Shown: piece after piece, positions 21,584-30,455 of the stretch
Layout: each line of letters starts with the position of its first letter
Position numbering within the stretch: the stretch's first letter is position 1
NCBI GenBank assembly: GCA_001695645.1
Contig: LVZN01000003.1
Span: forward strand, 30,001-62,000
Direction: 5' to 3'
Length of the DNA: 32,000 nucleotides
Source: Erysipelotrichaceae bacterium MTC7
Lineage (GTDB): Bacteria; Bacillota_I; Bacilli_A; Erysipelotrichales; Erysipelotrichaceae
Notes under the pieces: model-generated
Databases searched by the model: none
What the model saw: the letters and a program-made list of their open reading frames with translations, nothing else
What the model was told of the DNA's origin: nothing
Translations under genes and position numbers: made by a program

Positions 21584-24214
21584 ATGGCTAAAGTAGAAAA
21601 AGTAGAAAAAGTAGAAATTAGCCCAGCTCAAAAAGAGGTTAACACATTAGTTGACAAAGGGTTAAAAGCATTAGATGAATTTAGACTTCTTGATCAAGAA
21701 CAAGTAGACTACATCGTTGCGAAAGCAAGTGTTGCAGCACTTGACCAACACGGGGTTTTAGCAGAAGCAGCTGTTAAAGAAACGGGTCGTGGTGTCTTTG
21801 AAGATAAAGCAACGAAAAACTTATTTGCTTGTGAACACGTAATTAACTACATGCGTGATTTAAAAACAGTAGGTGTAATTGCTAGAGACGAAGAAGCAGG
21901 GATTGTTGAAATCGCTGACCCAGTTGGAGTTGTTTGTGGTATCGTGCCAACGACAAACCCAACAAGTACAGCAATCTTTAAATCATTAATTTGTTTAAAG
22001 ACAAGAAACCCAATTGTATTCTCATTCCACCCAAGTGCAAACCGTTGTTCACAACAAGCTGCAAAAGTTGTATATGATGCAGCAGTGGCAGCAGGAGCTC
22101 CAGAAAACTGTATCCAATGGATTGACACACCTTCAATGGAAGGAACTAACGCATTAATGAACCACGATGGAATTTCAACAATTCTAGCAACTGGTGGTAA
22201 CGCAATGGTTCGTGCAGCTTACTCATGTGGAAAACCAGCATTAGGAGTAGGTGCCGGAAACGTTCCAGCATACATTGCTAAAGATGCAAACTTAAAACAA
22301 GCAACAGCTGATATCGTATTATCAAAAGCTTTCGATAACGGTATGATTTGTGCTTCTGAACAAGCAGCTATCGTTGATAAAGAAGTTTATGACGAAGTGA
22401 AAAACGAATTCAAATCTTACCACGCTTACTTTGCTACAGCAAAAGAAAAAGCAATGCTTGAAGCATTCATGTTTGGCGTAAATTCTCCAGCAGAAGTTGA
22501 CCAAGCAAGATTAAATCCAAACGTAGTTGGAAAATCTGCATTCTGGATTGCTGAACAAGCAGGATTCAAAGTGCCAGAAGATACAAACATCATCTGTGCA
22601 GAATGTAAAGAAATCGGAGTAAAAGAACCACTTACTCGTGAAAAATTATCTCCAGTATTAGCGTTTGTTAAAGCAAACAGTACAGAAGACGGAATCACAA
22701 AAGCTGAACAAATGGTTAACTTTAACGGTTTGGGTCACTCAGCTGCAATTCACACAGCAAGCGAAGAATTATCAATTGAATTCGGTGAACGTGTAAAAGC
22801 TATCCGTGTTATCTGGAACTCTCCTTCTACATTCGGAGGAATTGGAAACGTATATAATGCATTCATTCCTTCATTAACACTTGGTTGTGGATCATACGGA
22901 CGTAACTCTGTAGGAAACAACGTAGGACCACTTAACTTAATTAACGTGAAAAAAGTAGGGAGACGTAAAAACAATATGCAATGGTTTAAAGTACCTTCAA
23001 AAATTTACTTTGAAAGAGATTCAATCGAATACCTAAGAGACATGGAAAATGTTAACCGTGTAATGATCGTTACAGATAAAGCAATGGTTGACTTAGGATA
23101 TGTAGATAAAGTAACAAAACAATTAATGGCTCGTGACAACAACGTAAAAGTACAATTATTCTGCGATGTTGAACCAGATCCAGATATTACAACTGTAAAC
23201 CGTGGTGTTGAAATTATGCGTTCATTCCAACCAGATGTAATCGTTGCATTAGGTGGAGGTTCACCAATGGATGCTGCGAAAGGTATGTGGTTGTTCTATG
23301 AAAGTCCTGAAACAAACTTCGATGACTTGAAACAAAAATTCATGGATATCCGTAAACGTGCATTCCAATACCCTAAATTAGGACAAAAAGCTCGTTTGGT
23401 TTGTGTACCAACAACAAGTGGTACAGGATCTGAGGTAACTCCATTTGCGGTTATTTCTGATAAAGCAAACAACAAAAAATACCCATTAGCTGACTACGCA
23501 TTGACACCAAACGTGGCAATCATTGACCCAGCATTCACAATGGGATTACCTGCATCAGTTACTGCTGATACTGGTATGGACGTACTTACTCATGCTCTTG
23601 AAGCATTGGTAGCTGTACTTGCAAGTGACTACACGAATGGTTTAGCTGTTCAAGCAATCCAAACGGTATTCAAATACTTACCAAGAGCAGTTAAAAATGG
23701 TAAAAACGATCCTGAAGCTAGAGAAAAAATGCACAATGCATCAGCAATGGCTGGTATGGCATTTGCCAACGCATTCCTTGGAATGTGTCACTCAATGGCT
23801 CACAAAATTGGTGGAGTTCACCACGTTCCTCACGGACGTACAAACGCAATCTTACTTCCATACGTAATTCGTTACAATGGAACGAAACCTGCGAAATTGT
23901 CTTTGTGGCCAAAATACAACTTCTACAAAGCAGATGAACAATATGCAGATATCGCTCGTTTGATTGGTTTAGATGTTAAAGATACAGCTGATGGTGTTGA
24001 AAAATTAGCACAAGCAGTTGAAGCATTAATGGCTGAAGTTGGTATTGCAAACAACTTTAAAGCACAAGGTGTTGACGAAAAAGAATGGATGGATAACGTT
24101 CATGAAGTCGCAATGCTTGCTTATGAAGACCAATGTACACCAGCAAACCCAAGACTTCCATTAGTTGAAGACATGGAAGAAATCATGATCAAAGCTTACA
24201 ACGGAACAAAATAG
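21584..24214 (+). CDS. adhE: Bifunctional acetaldehyde-CoA / alcohol dehydrogenase AdhE
   Basis: 876 aa. The N-terminal ALDH domain includes GMICASEQ with the catalytic Cys. The C-terminal Fe-ADH domain includes GGGSPMDAAK and the His-rich metal site HSMAHKIGGVHHVPHG. SD AGGAGG. Confidence 0.95.
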   Translation: MAKVEKVEKVEISPAQKEVNTLVDKGLKALDEFRLLDQEQVDYIVAKASVAALDQHGVLAEAAVKETGRGVFEDKATKNLFACEHVINYMRDLKTVGVIARDEEAGIVEIADPVGVVCGIVPTTNPTSTAIFKSLICLKTRNPIVFSFHPSANRCSQQAAKVVYDAAVAAGAPENCIQWIDTPSMEGTNALMNHDGISTILATGGNAMVRAAYSCGKPALGVGAGNVPAYIAKDANLKQATADIVLSKAFDNGMICASEQAAIVDKEVYDEVKNEFKSYHAYFATAKEKAMLEAFMFGVNSPAEVDQARLNPNVVGKSAFWIAEQAGFKVPEDTNIICAECKEIGVKEPLTREKLSPVLAFVKANSTEDGITKAEQMVNFNGLGHSAAIHTASEELSIEFGERVKAIRVIWNSPSTFGGIGNVYNAFIPSLTLGCGSYGRNSVGNNVGPLNLINVKKVGRRKNNMQWFKVPSKIYFERDSIEYLRDMENVNRVMIVTDKAMVDLGYVDKVTKQLMARDNNVKVQLFCDVEPDPDITTVNRGVEIMRSFQPDVIVALGGGSPMDAAKGMWLFYESPETNFDDLKQKFMDIRKRAFQYPKLGQKARLVCVPTTSGTGSEVTPFAVISDKANNKKYPLADYALTPNVAIIDPAFTMGLPASVTADTGMDVLTHALEALVAVLASDYTNGLAVQAIQTVFKYLPRAVKNGKNDPEAREKMHNASAMAGMAFANAFLGMCHSMAHKIGGVHHVPHGRTNAILLPYVIRYNGTKPAKLSLWPKYNFYKADEQYADIARLIGLDVKDTADGVEKLAQAVEALMAEVGIANNFKAQGVDEKEWMDNVHEVAMLAYEDQCTPANPRLPLVEDMEEIMIKAYNGTK

Positions 24215-24225
24215 TTATATTTCTT

Positions 24226-24258
24226 AGAGGTACATCCTATGGGTGTGCCTCTTTTTTT
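24226..24258 (+). terminator. Rho-independent terminator after adhE
   Basis: AGAGGTACA (24226..24234) pairs with TGTGCCTCT (24244..24252) with one wobble, followed by a T7 run. Confidence 0.75.
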
Positions 24259-24266
24259 ACAAATAT

Positions 24267-24295
24267 TTGATATGTGATTTGAAGTGTACTATAAT
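24267..24295 (+). promoter_or_regulatory. Promoter of the adenosine deaminase gene
   Basis: TTGATA (24267..24272), 17 nt, TATAAT (24290..24295). The -10 lies inside the ORF-track N-terminal extension, which supports the downstream start. Confidence 0.55.
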
Positions 24296-24325
24296 AAGCC
24301 TCACAACAAAAGGAAGGGAAGTCGT

Positions 24326-25333
24326 ATGGATTTTAAAGAAATGATGAAAGCAGAACTCCATTGCCACCTTGATGGTTCTGTTTCGATTGACTTGTTAAAA
24401 GAGCTTGCAAAGGAAAAAGATGCTGAATTTGCATTGAGTGATCAAGAAATTAAACAATTGGTAAGTGTGGATGATCAGTGCCCTGATTTAAAGACCTACT
24501 TAGAGAAGTTTGATTTTATTTTGGATCACCTACAAAGTGGTGATGCCTTAAAACGTGCTGCTGTAGATGTGCTTAAACAAGGAGTAGATGAAAATTTGTG
24601 TTATATGGAATTACGCTTTGCCCCAAGTTTCCATGGACGTGAAGGCTTGAGCATAAAAAAAGCAATCCAAGCTGTATTGCAAGGGATGAAAGATGCAAAG
24701 AAAGCCTATGGCATTGAAAGTACATTGATTGTTTGTTTGATGCGTCATGAAAGTAAAGAGATTCACCAAGAAGTGATCCAAGCCGTAAAAGAACTTCGTC
24801 GTCGTACAAACATTGCAATGGACTTAGCAGGTGATGAACAAGCGTATCCAACAGTTGGATTTGCAGATCAAATTCATACGATGTATCGATTGAAAATACC
24901 TTTCACTTTACACGCAGGAGAAACGGGGAATGAACAAAATGTAACTGACTCTATTGCGCTTGGTTCTAGACGCATTGGTCATGGGTTAGCAATGGCTTCA
25001 TTTACTGAAATTGAACGTTTTGCAAGTAGCCAGGCTGTAATGGTTGAAATGTGCCCAACCAGTAATTTACAAACCAAGGCAATTGCCTCTTTGAAAGAGT
25101 ATCCTATCCAAGAATTCATGGATGAGGATATTGCCATTTCCATCAATACGGACAATCGGACGGTTTCTGATACCACGTTAAGTAAAGAGTTTGAAAAGTT
25201 AGATGCTGTCTTTTCATTGGATCAAGCGATGGTAAAAAAGATTACGATGGACACACTAAGAGCAGGCTTTATGGATGAAGAAACAAAAGCAAGTCTGCTA
25301 GAAAAAGTCGAACAAGCATATCAAGAAGTCTAA
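24326..25333 (+). CDS. add: Adenosine deaminase
   Basis: KAELHCHLDGS (metal-binding HxH), HAGE and SINTDN(R) are the hallmark adenosine/AMP deaminase motifs. I prefer the start at 24326 (MDFKEMM, AAGGAAGGGAAG SD). Confidence 0.9.
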   Translation: MDFKEMMKAELHCHLDGSVSIDLLKELAKEKDAEFALSDQEIKQLVSVDDQCPDLKTYLEKFDFILDHLQSGDALKRAAVDVLKQGVDENLCYMELRFAPSFHGREGLSIKKAIQAVLQGMKDAKKAYGIESTLIVCLMRHESKEIHQEVIQAVKELRRRTNIAMDLAGDEQAYPTVGFADQIHTMYRLKIPFTLHAGETGNEQNVTDSIALGSRRIGHGLAMASFTEIERFASSQAVMVEMCPTSNLQTKAIASLKEYPIQEFMDEDIAISINTDNRTVSDTTLSKEFEKLDAVFSLDQAMVKKITMDTLRAGFMDEETKASLLEKVEQAYQEV

Positions 25334-25357
25334 CAGTTCCAAGTGGAACTGTTTTTT
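25334..25357 (+). terminator. Rho-independent terminator after add
   Basis: CAGTTCC-AAGT-GGAACTG followed by a T6 run. Confidence 0.75.
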
Positions 25358-25379
25358 CCTATGGTTCGTTTACGCATCA

Positions 25380-25388
25380 TGGTATAAT
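25380..25388 (+). promoter_or_regulatory. Extended -10 (TGGTATAAT) for the glycosyltransferase operon
   Basis: TGnTATAAT match 22 nt upstream of the ATG at 25410. No good -35 element. Confidence 0.5.
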
Positions 25389-25409
25389 AGATACGATAAT
25401 GGAGATTCT

Positions 25410-26420
25410 ATGAGAATATTACTATATTTTGAAAATGAAAAAATGATAAAAACCAGCGGAATTGGACGGGCGATGAAACACCAAATGGCTGCACTTGAAA
25501 GCCAGGGGATTGATTATACAACCGATCCCAATGATGAGGATTACGACATTTTACATGTAAATACTTACATGATTAACTCGTCTCGCTTAATTGCAAAAGC
25601 AAAAAAAGCAGGAAAAAAAGTCGTGGTTCACGCACATAGTACAGAAGAAGATTTTCGTGATTCTTTTGTCTTAAGTAATCAAATTGCCCCCATTTTTAAA
25701 AAGATTATTATGAACGTATATTCACAAGGAGATTATATTTTAACGCCAACACCGTATTCCAAACGTATTTTGGAAGGGTATGGATTAAAACAACCAATTG
25801 AAGCTGTGAGTAACGGAATTGATATCCATCGCTTTAACTATAATGAAGAGAAAGTAAAAGCTTTCCGCAAATACTTCAGTTTAACAGATACCCAAAAAGT
25901 GGTAATTGGGGTTGGACTGTATTTTGATCGTAAAGGGATTTTGGATTTTGTGGAAGCGGCGAAACGTTTGCCACAATACACGTTTATCTGGTTTGGCTAT
26001 ACCCCACTTTATACCGTGCCAAAACACATTCGTGAAGTAGTAAGTGAAAATGATATTCCAAACTTACTGTTCCCTGGATATGTGAAAGGGCCAATCATTG
26101 AAGGTGCGTATAGTGGAGCAGATGCCTTTTTCTTTCCAAGCAAAGAAGAAACGGAAGGGATTGTTGTACTTGAAGCATTAGCGAGTTACCAAAACGTCAT
26201 TGTTCGCGACATTCCGGTTTTCGATCCATGGTTAGTTGATAAAGAAAACTGCTACAAAGGAAACAATGTAGAAGAGTTTTGCGAACTTCTGATTGGAACC
26301 GTTGAACAAACCTTACCATCAACAAAACAGGCAGGACGACAAACGGCATTGACACGTAGCATTCCAGAAATTGGTAAACAACTGGCAAGCGTGTACGAAA
26401 AAGTGTTGAAGAATACATAG
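25410..26420 (+). CDS. GT4-family glycosyltransferase, short CpoA/DGS-like type; probable diglycosyl-diacylglycerol synthase
   Basis: 336 aa. N-terminus MRILLYFENEKMIKTSGIGRA, with the EX7E motif in EETEGIVVLEALAS. Size and pattern resemble the second-step glycolipid synthases (S. pneumoniae CpoA, Acholeplasma DGS). Confidence 0.7.
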   Translation: MRILLYFENEKMIKTSGIGRAMKHQMAALESQGIDYTTDPNDEDYDILHVNTYMINSSRLIAKAKKAGKKVVVHAHSTEEDFRDSFVLSNQIAPIFKKIIMNVYSQGDYILTPTPYSKRILEGYGLKQPIEAVSNGIDIHRFNYNEEKVKAFRKYFSLTDTQKVVIGVGLYFDRKGILDFVEAAKRLPQYTFIWFGYTPLYTVPKHIREVVSENDIPNLLFPGYVKGPIIEGAYSGADAFFFPSKEETEGIVVLEALASYQNVIVRDIPVFDPWLVDKENCYKGNNVEEFCELLIGTVEQTLPSTKQAGRQTALTRSIPEIGKQLASVYEKVLKNT

Positions 26421-26427
26421 GGAAGAT

Positions 26428-27498
26428 ATGAAAAAACAAAGTTATGTTATCAATTTTCTATTGATCTTTGGTTTGACCGCATTTGGGTTATGGTTTGCCC
26501 TAAAAGATCATTATAAAGAAGTCCTTAATTTACTTTCTAATCTCAGCATCGTCGCGATTGCTTTGATTTTTCTTTATGGACTTTCGTATAATTTTATCAT
26601 CGGTTGGATCTACAAAGTGATTGGAAAAACATATAAAAAAGACTATCGCTATCGTGAAGGGTTGTCCGTTGCATTTGTTGGTGCTTTTTTTAGCGGGATT
26701 ACACCGAGTGCTTCAGGTGGACAATTTGCGCAAGCTTATGTCTTAAAGAATCAAGATTTGAAGATGAGCAGTGCGCTTAGTTTGCTTTGGATAGATTTTA
26801 TTATTTATCAGAGTGTCATGGTGGCATATACAACCGTATTGATGGTGTTACGTTTTAGCTACTACTATACCGAACAGTCTTCATTTTTTATTTTGGTTTT
26901 AATTGGATACGTCATCAATAGTGCGGTTATCGTATTCTTGTATACGATGGCTAAGTTTCCCAAAGCTTATGAACATTTAAGTGGGTTTGTGGTTCGAATC
27001 TTAGCACGATTTCACATCATCAAAAACCCAGATCAAACCATTGAGAAATGGAATATCTCGCTTGGCCAATTCACAAAGGAAATTCAAGAAATTAAACATC
27101 GTAAAAAAATGGTAATAAAATGCATCGGATTGAATGTTTTGCGTTTAACCTTACTTTATACCTTACCTTTACTGATTGCGTATGTAATGAAAATTGATGT
27201 TTCGTTTTCAATGGTATTTGATGTCATCACGATGAGTGCTTTTGTTATGATTGCCAATGCATTTTTACCAGTTCCCGGAGCCAGTGGTGGAACCGAGGCT
27301 GCGTTCATTTTAATATTTTCAACAATGTTTACAACCATTCAAGCCAATAGCATCATGATCTTGTGGCGGTTTGCGACGTATCATTTAATCATGTTGGTTG
27401 GTGGTGTAACGTTTATATTCCTAAAACGGAAATACGATAAACTTAAAAACAGTGTAATTACGAAGGAGGATTATCATGAAAATAGCAATCTTTACTGA
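26428..27498 (+). CDS. Membrane protein of the LPG_synthase_TM / UPF0104 family (MprF flippase-domain-like, YbhN-like)
   Basis: 356 aa with about 8 TM helices. It carries two copies of the family signature (ITPSASGGQFAQAY and LPVPGASGGTEAAF). It lacks the C-terminal aminoacyl-PG synthase domain of MprF. Confidence 0.7.
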   Translation: MKKQSYVINFLLIFGLTAFGLWFALKDHYKEVLNLLSNLSIVAIALIFLYGLSYNFIIGWIYKVIGKTYKKDYRYREGLSVAFVGAFFSGITPSASGGQFAQAYVLKNQDLKMSSALSLLWIDFIIYQSVMVAYTTVLMVLRFSYYYTEQSSFFILVLIGYVINSAVIVFLYTMAKFPKAYEHLSGFVVRILARFHIIKNPDQTIEKWNISLGQFTKEIQEIKHRKKMVIKCIGLNVLRLTLLYTLPLLIAYVMKIDVSFSMVFDVITMSAFVMIANAFLPVPGASGGTEAAFILIFSTMFTTIQANSIMILWRFATYHLIMLVGGVTFIFLKRKYDKLKNSVITKEDYHENSNLY

Positions 27499-29464
27499 TA
27501 CATACACTCCGGATATCAATGGGGTCGTTAGTAGTGTTGTCACGCTTAAAGCGGGTTTGGAACAATTGGGACACGAAGTGTACATCATTACCTCACACAA
27601 AGGATTTACCCCAGATACAAGTGAGAAAAACGTGTATCGGTTACCTGGTTTAGAAATCAAGAAACTTTATGGTTATAAATTAGGGACACCATATAGTCGT
27701 GCCGTTCGTGATGAAATCGCATCACTTGGTTTGGATGTGATTCACGTCCAACAAGAATTTACTGTGAGTATTTTCGGTCGTATTGTGGCACATCAATTAC
27801 AAATACCAGTTGTGTATACCTACCATACGATGTATGAAGACTATACGCACTACGTCAATCGCTTCAACTTAAAAGGCGTAGATGAAGTAACAAAACGTTT
27901 ACTTTCTGGAGCGGTACGCTACTTGGGTGATTCGGTTGGTGCAGTGATTGCCCCAAGTATGAAAACCGAAGAGGCACTGCTGCGCTATGGGGTAAGTCGC
28001 CCCATCCACATCATTCCCACAGGAATTGATTTGGACGCATTTAAAAAAGAACATATCGACAAACAAGTCGTGAATGATTTGCGGAAGCAATACGGACTGG
28101 ATGAACAAACCAAACTGATTTCCTACATTGGTCGCGTTGCGCAAGAAAAAGACATCGACATGATTGTTGAAGGATTTCAATACGTAAGTGACCCACAAAT
28201 AAAAATGATGATTGTTGGTGGTGGACCAAGTTTTGATGATTTGAAAAAACAAGCTGCGAAATTGCATCTAGAAAATCGTATCATTTTCACCGATAAGCAA
28301 CCAAGCAATATGATGCCAAGTTATTATGCATTAGCAGACGCATTTGTTTCGCCATCGCTAAGTGAAACACAAGGGATGACCTTTATTGAAGCTCTTGCTT
28401 CTGGGCTTCCGGTATTTGCACGTCATGATGAAGTGTTAGACGAATTGGTCTATGAAAATAAAACAGGATTTTATTTTGCCGATGAAAAAGAGTTCGCACA
28501 AAAAGTAGACAGCTTTTTTGCTTTAGAAAAAGCGGAGCGTGAAGCATATGAGCGTGCTTGCCAACAAGTGGTTGAAAAGTATGACGTAGAAAAGTTTGCC
28601 AAAAGCGTGGAAGGTGTCTATAAAGAAGTGATTCGTGATTATGCAGAAAGCTATAGCATTGAAAGCGTACGAACAAGTGATGATTGTATGCGATTGCGAT
28701 TAATTAATGAAAAATCAGATGATGATGAAACCTTACTGGTTTCTTTGGATGACTATGTAACTTTCCAATTGCGTAAAGATGGGTTTATCGAATATTCACT
28801 TTTCTTAATGTTGAAAAAGAAAGAGAAGATGTTATTGGCATACCGAATGTGCTTGCGCAAAATTCGAGTCAAAGACCGTACCCGTAAAGAAATTTACGAT
28901 CTACTTGTGAATGATGAAGATCCATTAAGTATAGATCAAATCAACAAATTGGTCGAAACATTGGAAAATAAAGGATACATTAACGATGAAGTGTATACAT
29001 TGATGTACGTTGAACGTAATGGTAGTGCCTTAAGTAAGAAAAAGTTAGTTCGCCAATTGCGCGCAAAGGGAATACCTTATGACATGATTGATCAACATCT
29101 ACAAACGATCACAGAAGAAGATGAACTAGCAAAAGCTAAAGTTCTTGCTAGAAAGTATCAAGATGGAATTCGTAATCGTTCCCTAAAAGAGAAAAAAGAC
29201 ATGATCAAAAACAAATTGATCAAAAATGGTTTCACCTTTACACAAGCAAATGAAGTAGTTGAACAATTGGACTTTGCCGAAGATGAATTGAAAGAAAACG
29301 TTGCACTGAGTAGCGCTTATGAAAAAGCATTGCGTACCTACAGTCGTAAATACAGTGAAAAAGAACTCGTCAATCGAATCATTCAATATTTACTTAGAAA
29401 AGGATTCAATTATGATGATATACTTAGAGAATTAGAAAAGAGGGAATTACATGGCTCTGAATGA
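27476..29464 (+). CDS. Fusion protein: GT4 glycosyltransferase (MGlcDAG-synthase-like, aa 1-390) joined in frame to a full-length RecX-like module (aa ~393-655)
   Basis: The N-terminus MKIAIFTDTYTPDINGVVSSV and EX7E (SETQGMTFIEALASGLPV) resemble alMGS/Spr0982-type synthases. From nt ~28652, SIESVRTSDDCMRLRLINEK...LLVSLDDYVTFQLRKDG...AYRMCLRKIRVKDRTRKEIYDLL...LRAKGIPYDMI...QYLLRKGFNYDDI follows the layout of Firmicute RecX (B. subtilis YfhG-like, three-repeat helical protein). No stop occurs in frame between the two parts. A perfect SD AAGGAGG precedes 27476. Confidence 0.75.
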   Translation: MKIAIFTDTYTPDINGVVSSVVTLKAGLEQLGHEVYIITSHKGFTPDTSEKNVYRLPGLEIKKLYGYKLGTPYSRAVRDEIASLGLDVIHVQQEFTVSIFGRIVAHQLQIPVVYTYHTMYEDYTHYVNRFNLKGVDEVTKRLLSGAVRYLGDSVGAVIAPSMKTEEALLRYGVSRPIHIIPTGIDLDAFKKEHIDKQVVNDLRKQYGLDEQTKLISYIGRVAQEKDIDMIVEGFQYVSDPQIKMMIVGGGPSFDDLKKQAAKLHLENRIIFTDKQPSNMMPSYYALADAFVSPSLSETQGMTFIEALASGLPVFARHDEVLDELVYENKTGFYFADEKEFAQKVDSFFALEKAEREAYERACQQVVEKYDVEKFAKSVEGVYKEVIRDYAESYSIESVRTSDDCMRLRLINEKSDDDETLLVSLDDYVTFQLRKDGFIEYSLFLMLKKKEKMLLAYRMCLRKIRVKDRTRKEIYDLLVNDEDPLSIDQINKLVETLENKGYINDEVYTLMYVERNGSALSKKKLVRQLRAKGIPYDMIDQHLQTITEEDELAKAKVLARKYQDGIRNRSLKEKKDMIKNKLIKNGFTFTQANEVVEQLDFAEDELKENVALSSAYEKALRTYSRKYSEKELVNRIIQYLLRKGFNYDDILRELEKRELHGSE

Positions 29465-30401
29465 TAAAAAGATAAAAGATTTAAGAAGTGGTGATCGTGT
29501 AGAAATCAAGTTGTTGATTTTTCAAGTAAACAAAGGGGTCACAAATAAAGGTGCCCCTTACTTGTCATTTCAACTACAAGATAGCACTGGGGATATGGAT
29601 GCGAAGTATTGGAATGTAAGTGAAGCAGAACTTGAAGCTTATAAACCAGGCATGATTTGTAAGTTTAAAGCAGATATTTTACTTCACAACAACCAACTGC
29701 AAATCCGGATTGCATCGATTGAAATCTTAGATCAACAAAAGGAAGATATTAGCGATTATGTTCGTGCAAGTCGTTATACTGCCCAAGAATTAAAGTATAA
29801 AGTCCAAACCTATATTGAGGATCTTACAAACCCTGTCTACCGCAAGGTTGTCAAAGGCTTACTTGATGCATGTGAAGATGATTTTTACATCTATCCTGCA
29901 GCTAGTAAAAATCACCATAACTTTGTAGGTGGTTTGGCAACACATGTACTTGGGATGCTAGAACTTGGTAAGTTTCTATGTGGACAATACCCACTGCTGG
30001 ATGCTGATTTGTTGATGAGTGGAATTTTAATGCATGACATTGGAAAAATTGTTGAGTTAAGTGGACCGGTTATTATTGAATATACAACCGAAGGAAAACT
30101 ACTTGGACATATTTCGATTATGCAAGCAAAGATCTATGAAATCGCGCGTCGTTTAGAAGTTGACCAAACCGAAGAAGTTACCTTGTTACGACACATGGTG
30201 TTAAGTCACCACGGTGCGTATGAGTTTGGTTCACCAGTCTTACCGATGATTCCAGAAGCGGAAATCTTATGTATGGTTGATAACATTGATGCAAAAATGA
30301 ATACGATGGAAAAGGCGTTGGATCGCGTAGAACCAGGAACATTTACTCCTCGTGTTTTTGCGATGGAAAACCGCCAACTGTACAAAGCGAAAAATAAATA
30401 A
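29451..30401 (+). CDS. yhaM: 3'-5' exoribonuclease YhaM (OB-fold plus HD domain; Cbf1 family)
   Basis: The N-terminal OB fold (GDRVEIKLLIFQVNKGVTNKGAPYLSFQLQDSTGDMDAKYWN) and HD domain (HHNFVGGLATHVLGM...LMHDIGK...SHHG) match YhaM. It overlaps the upstream gene by 14 nt. Confidence 0.85.
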   Translation: MALNDKKIKDLRSGDRVEIKLLIFQVNKGVTNKGAPYLSFQLQDSTGDMDAKYWNVSEAELEAYKPGMICKFKADILLHNNQLQIRIASIEILDQQKEDISDYVRASRYTAQELKYKVQTYIEDLTNPVYRKVVKGLLDACEDDFYIYPAASKNHHNFVGGLATHVLGMLELGKFLCGQYPLLDADLLMSGILMHDIGKIVELSGPVIIEYTTEGKLLGHISIMQAKIYEIARRLEVDQTEEVTLLRHMVLSHHGAYEFGSPVLPMIPEAEILCMVDNIDAKMNTMEKALDRVEPGTFTPRVFAMENRQLYKAKNK

Positions 30402-30413
30402 TGAAAAATAAGT

Positions 30414-30439
30414 GAAGATGCGATTTGCATCTTTTCTTT
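30414..30439 (+). terminator. Rho-independent terminator after yhaM
   Basis: AAGATGC-GATTT-GCATCTT followed by TTCTTTAT. Confidence 0.6.
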
Positions 30440-30440
30440 A

Positions 30441-30449
30441 TGTTATAAT
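30441..30449 (+). promoter_or_regulatory. Extended -10 (TGTTATAAT) ending only 6 nt before the glycerate kinase ATG
   Basis: The TGnTATAAT match ends at 30449 and the ATG is at 30456. There is no SD in between. Confidence 0.5.
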
Positions 30450-30455
30450 ACTTTC

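Noticed and set aside
25334-25409. Search for a LexA/Cheo box (GAAC-N4-GTTC) controlling the recX-yhaM-containing operon. I also scanned 28600..29460.
   Set aside because: No GAAC-N4-GTTC dyad was found by eye. The GGAACTG/CAGTTCC sequence here is the add terminator stem.
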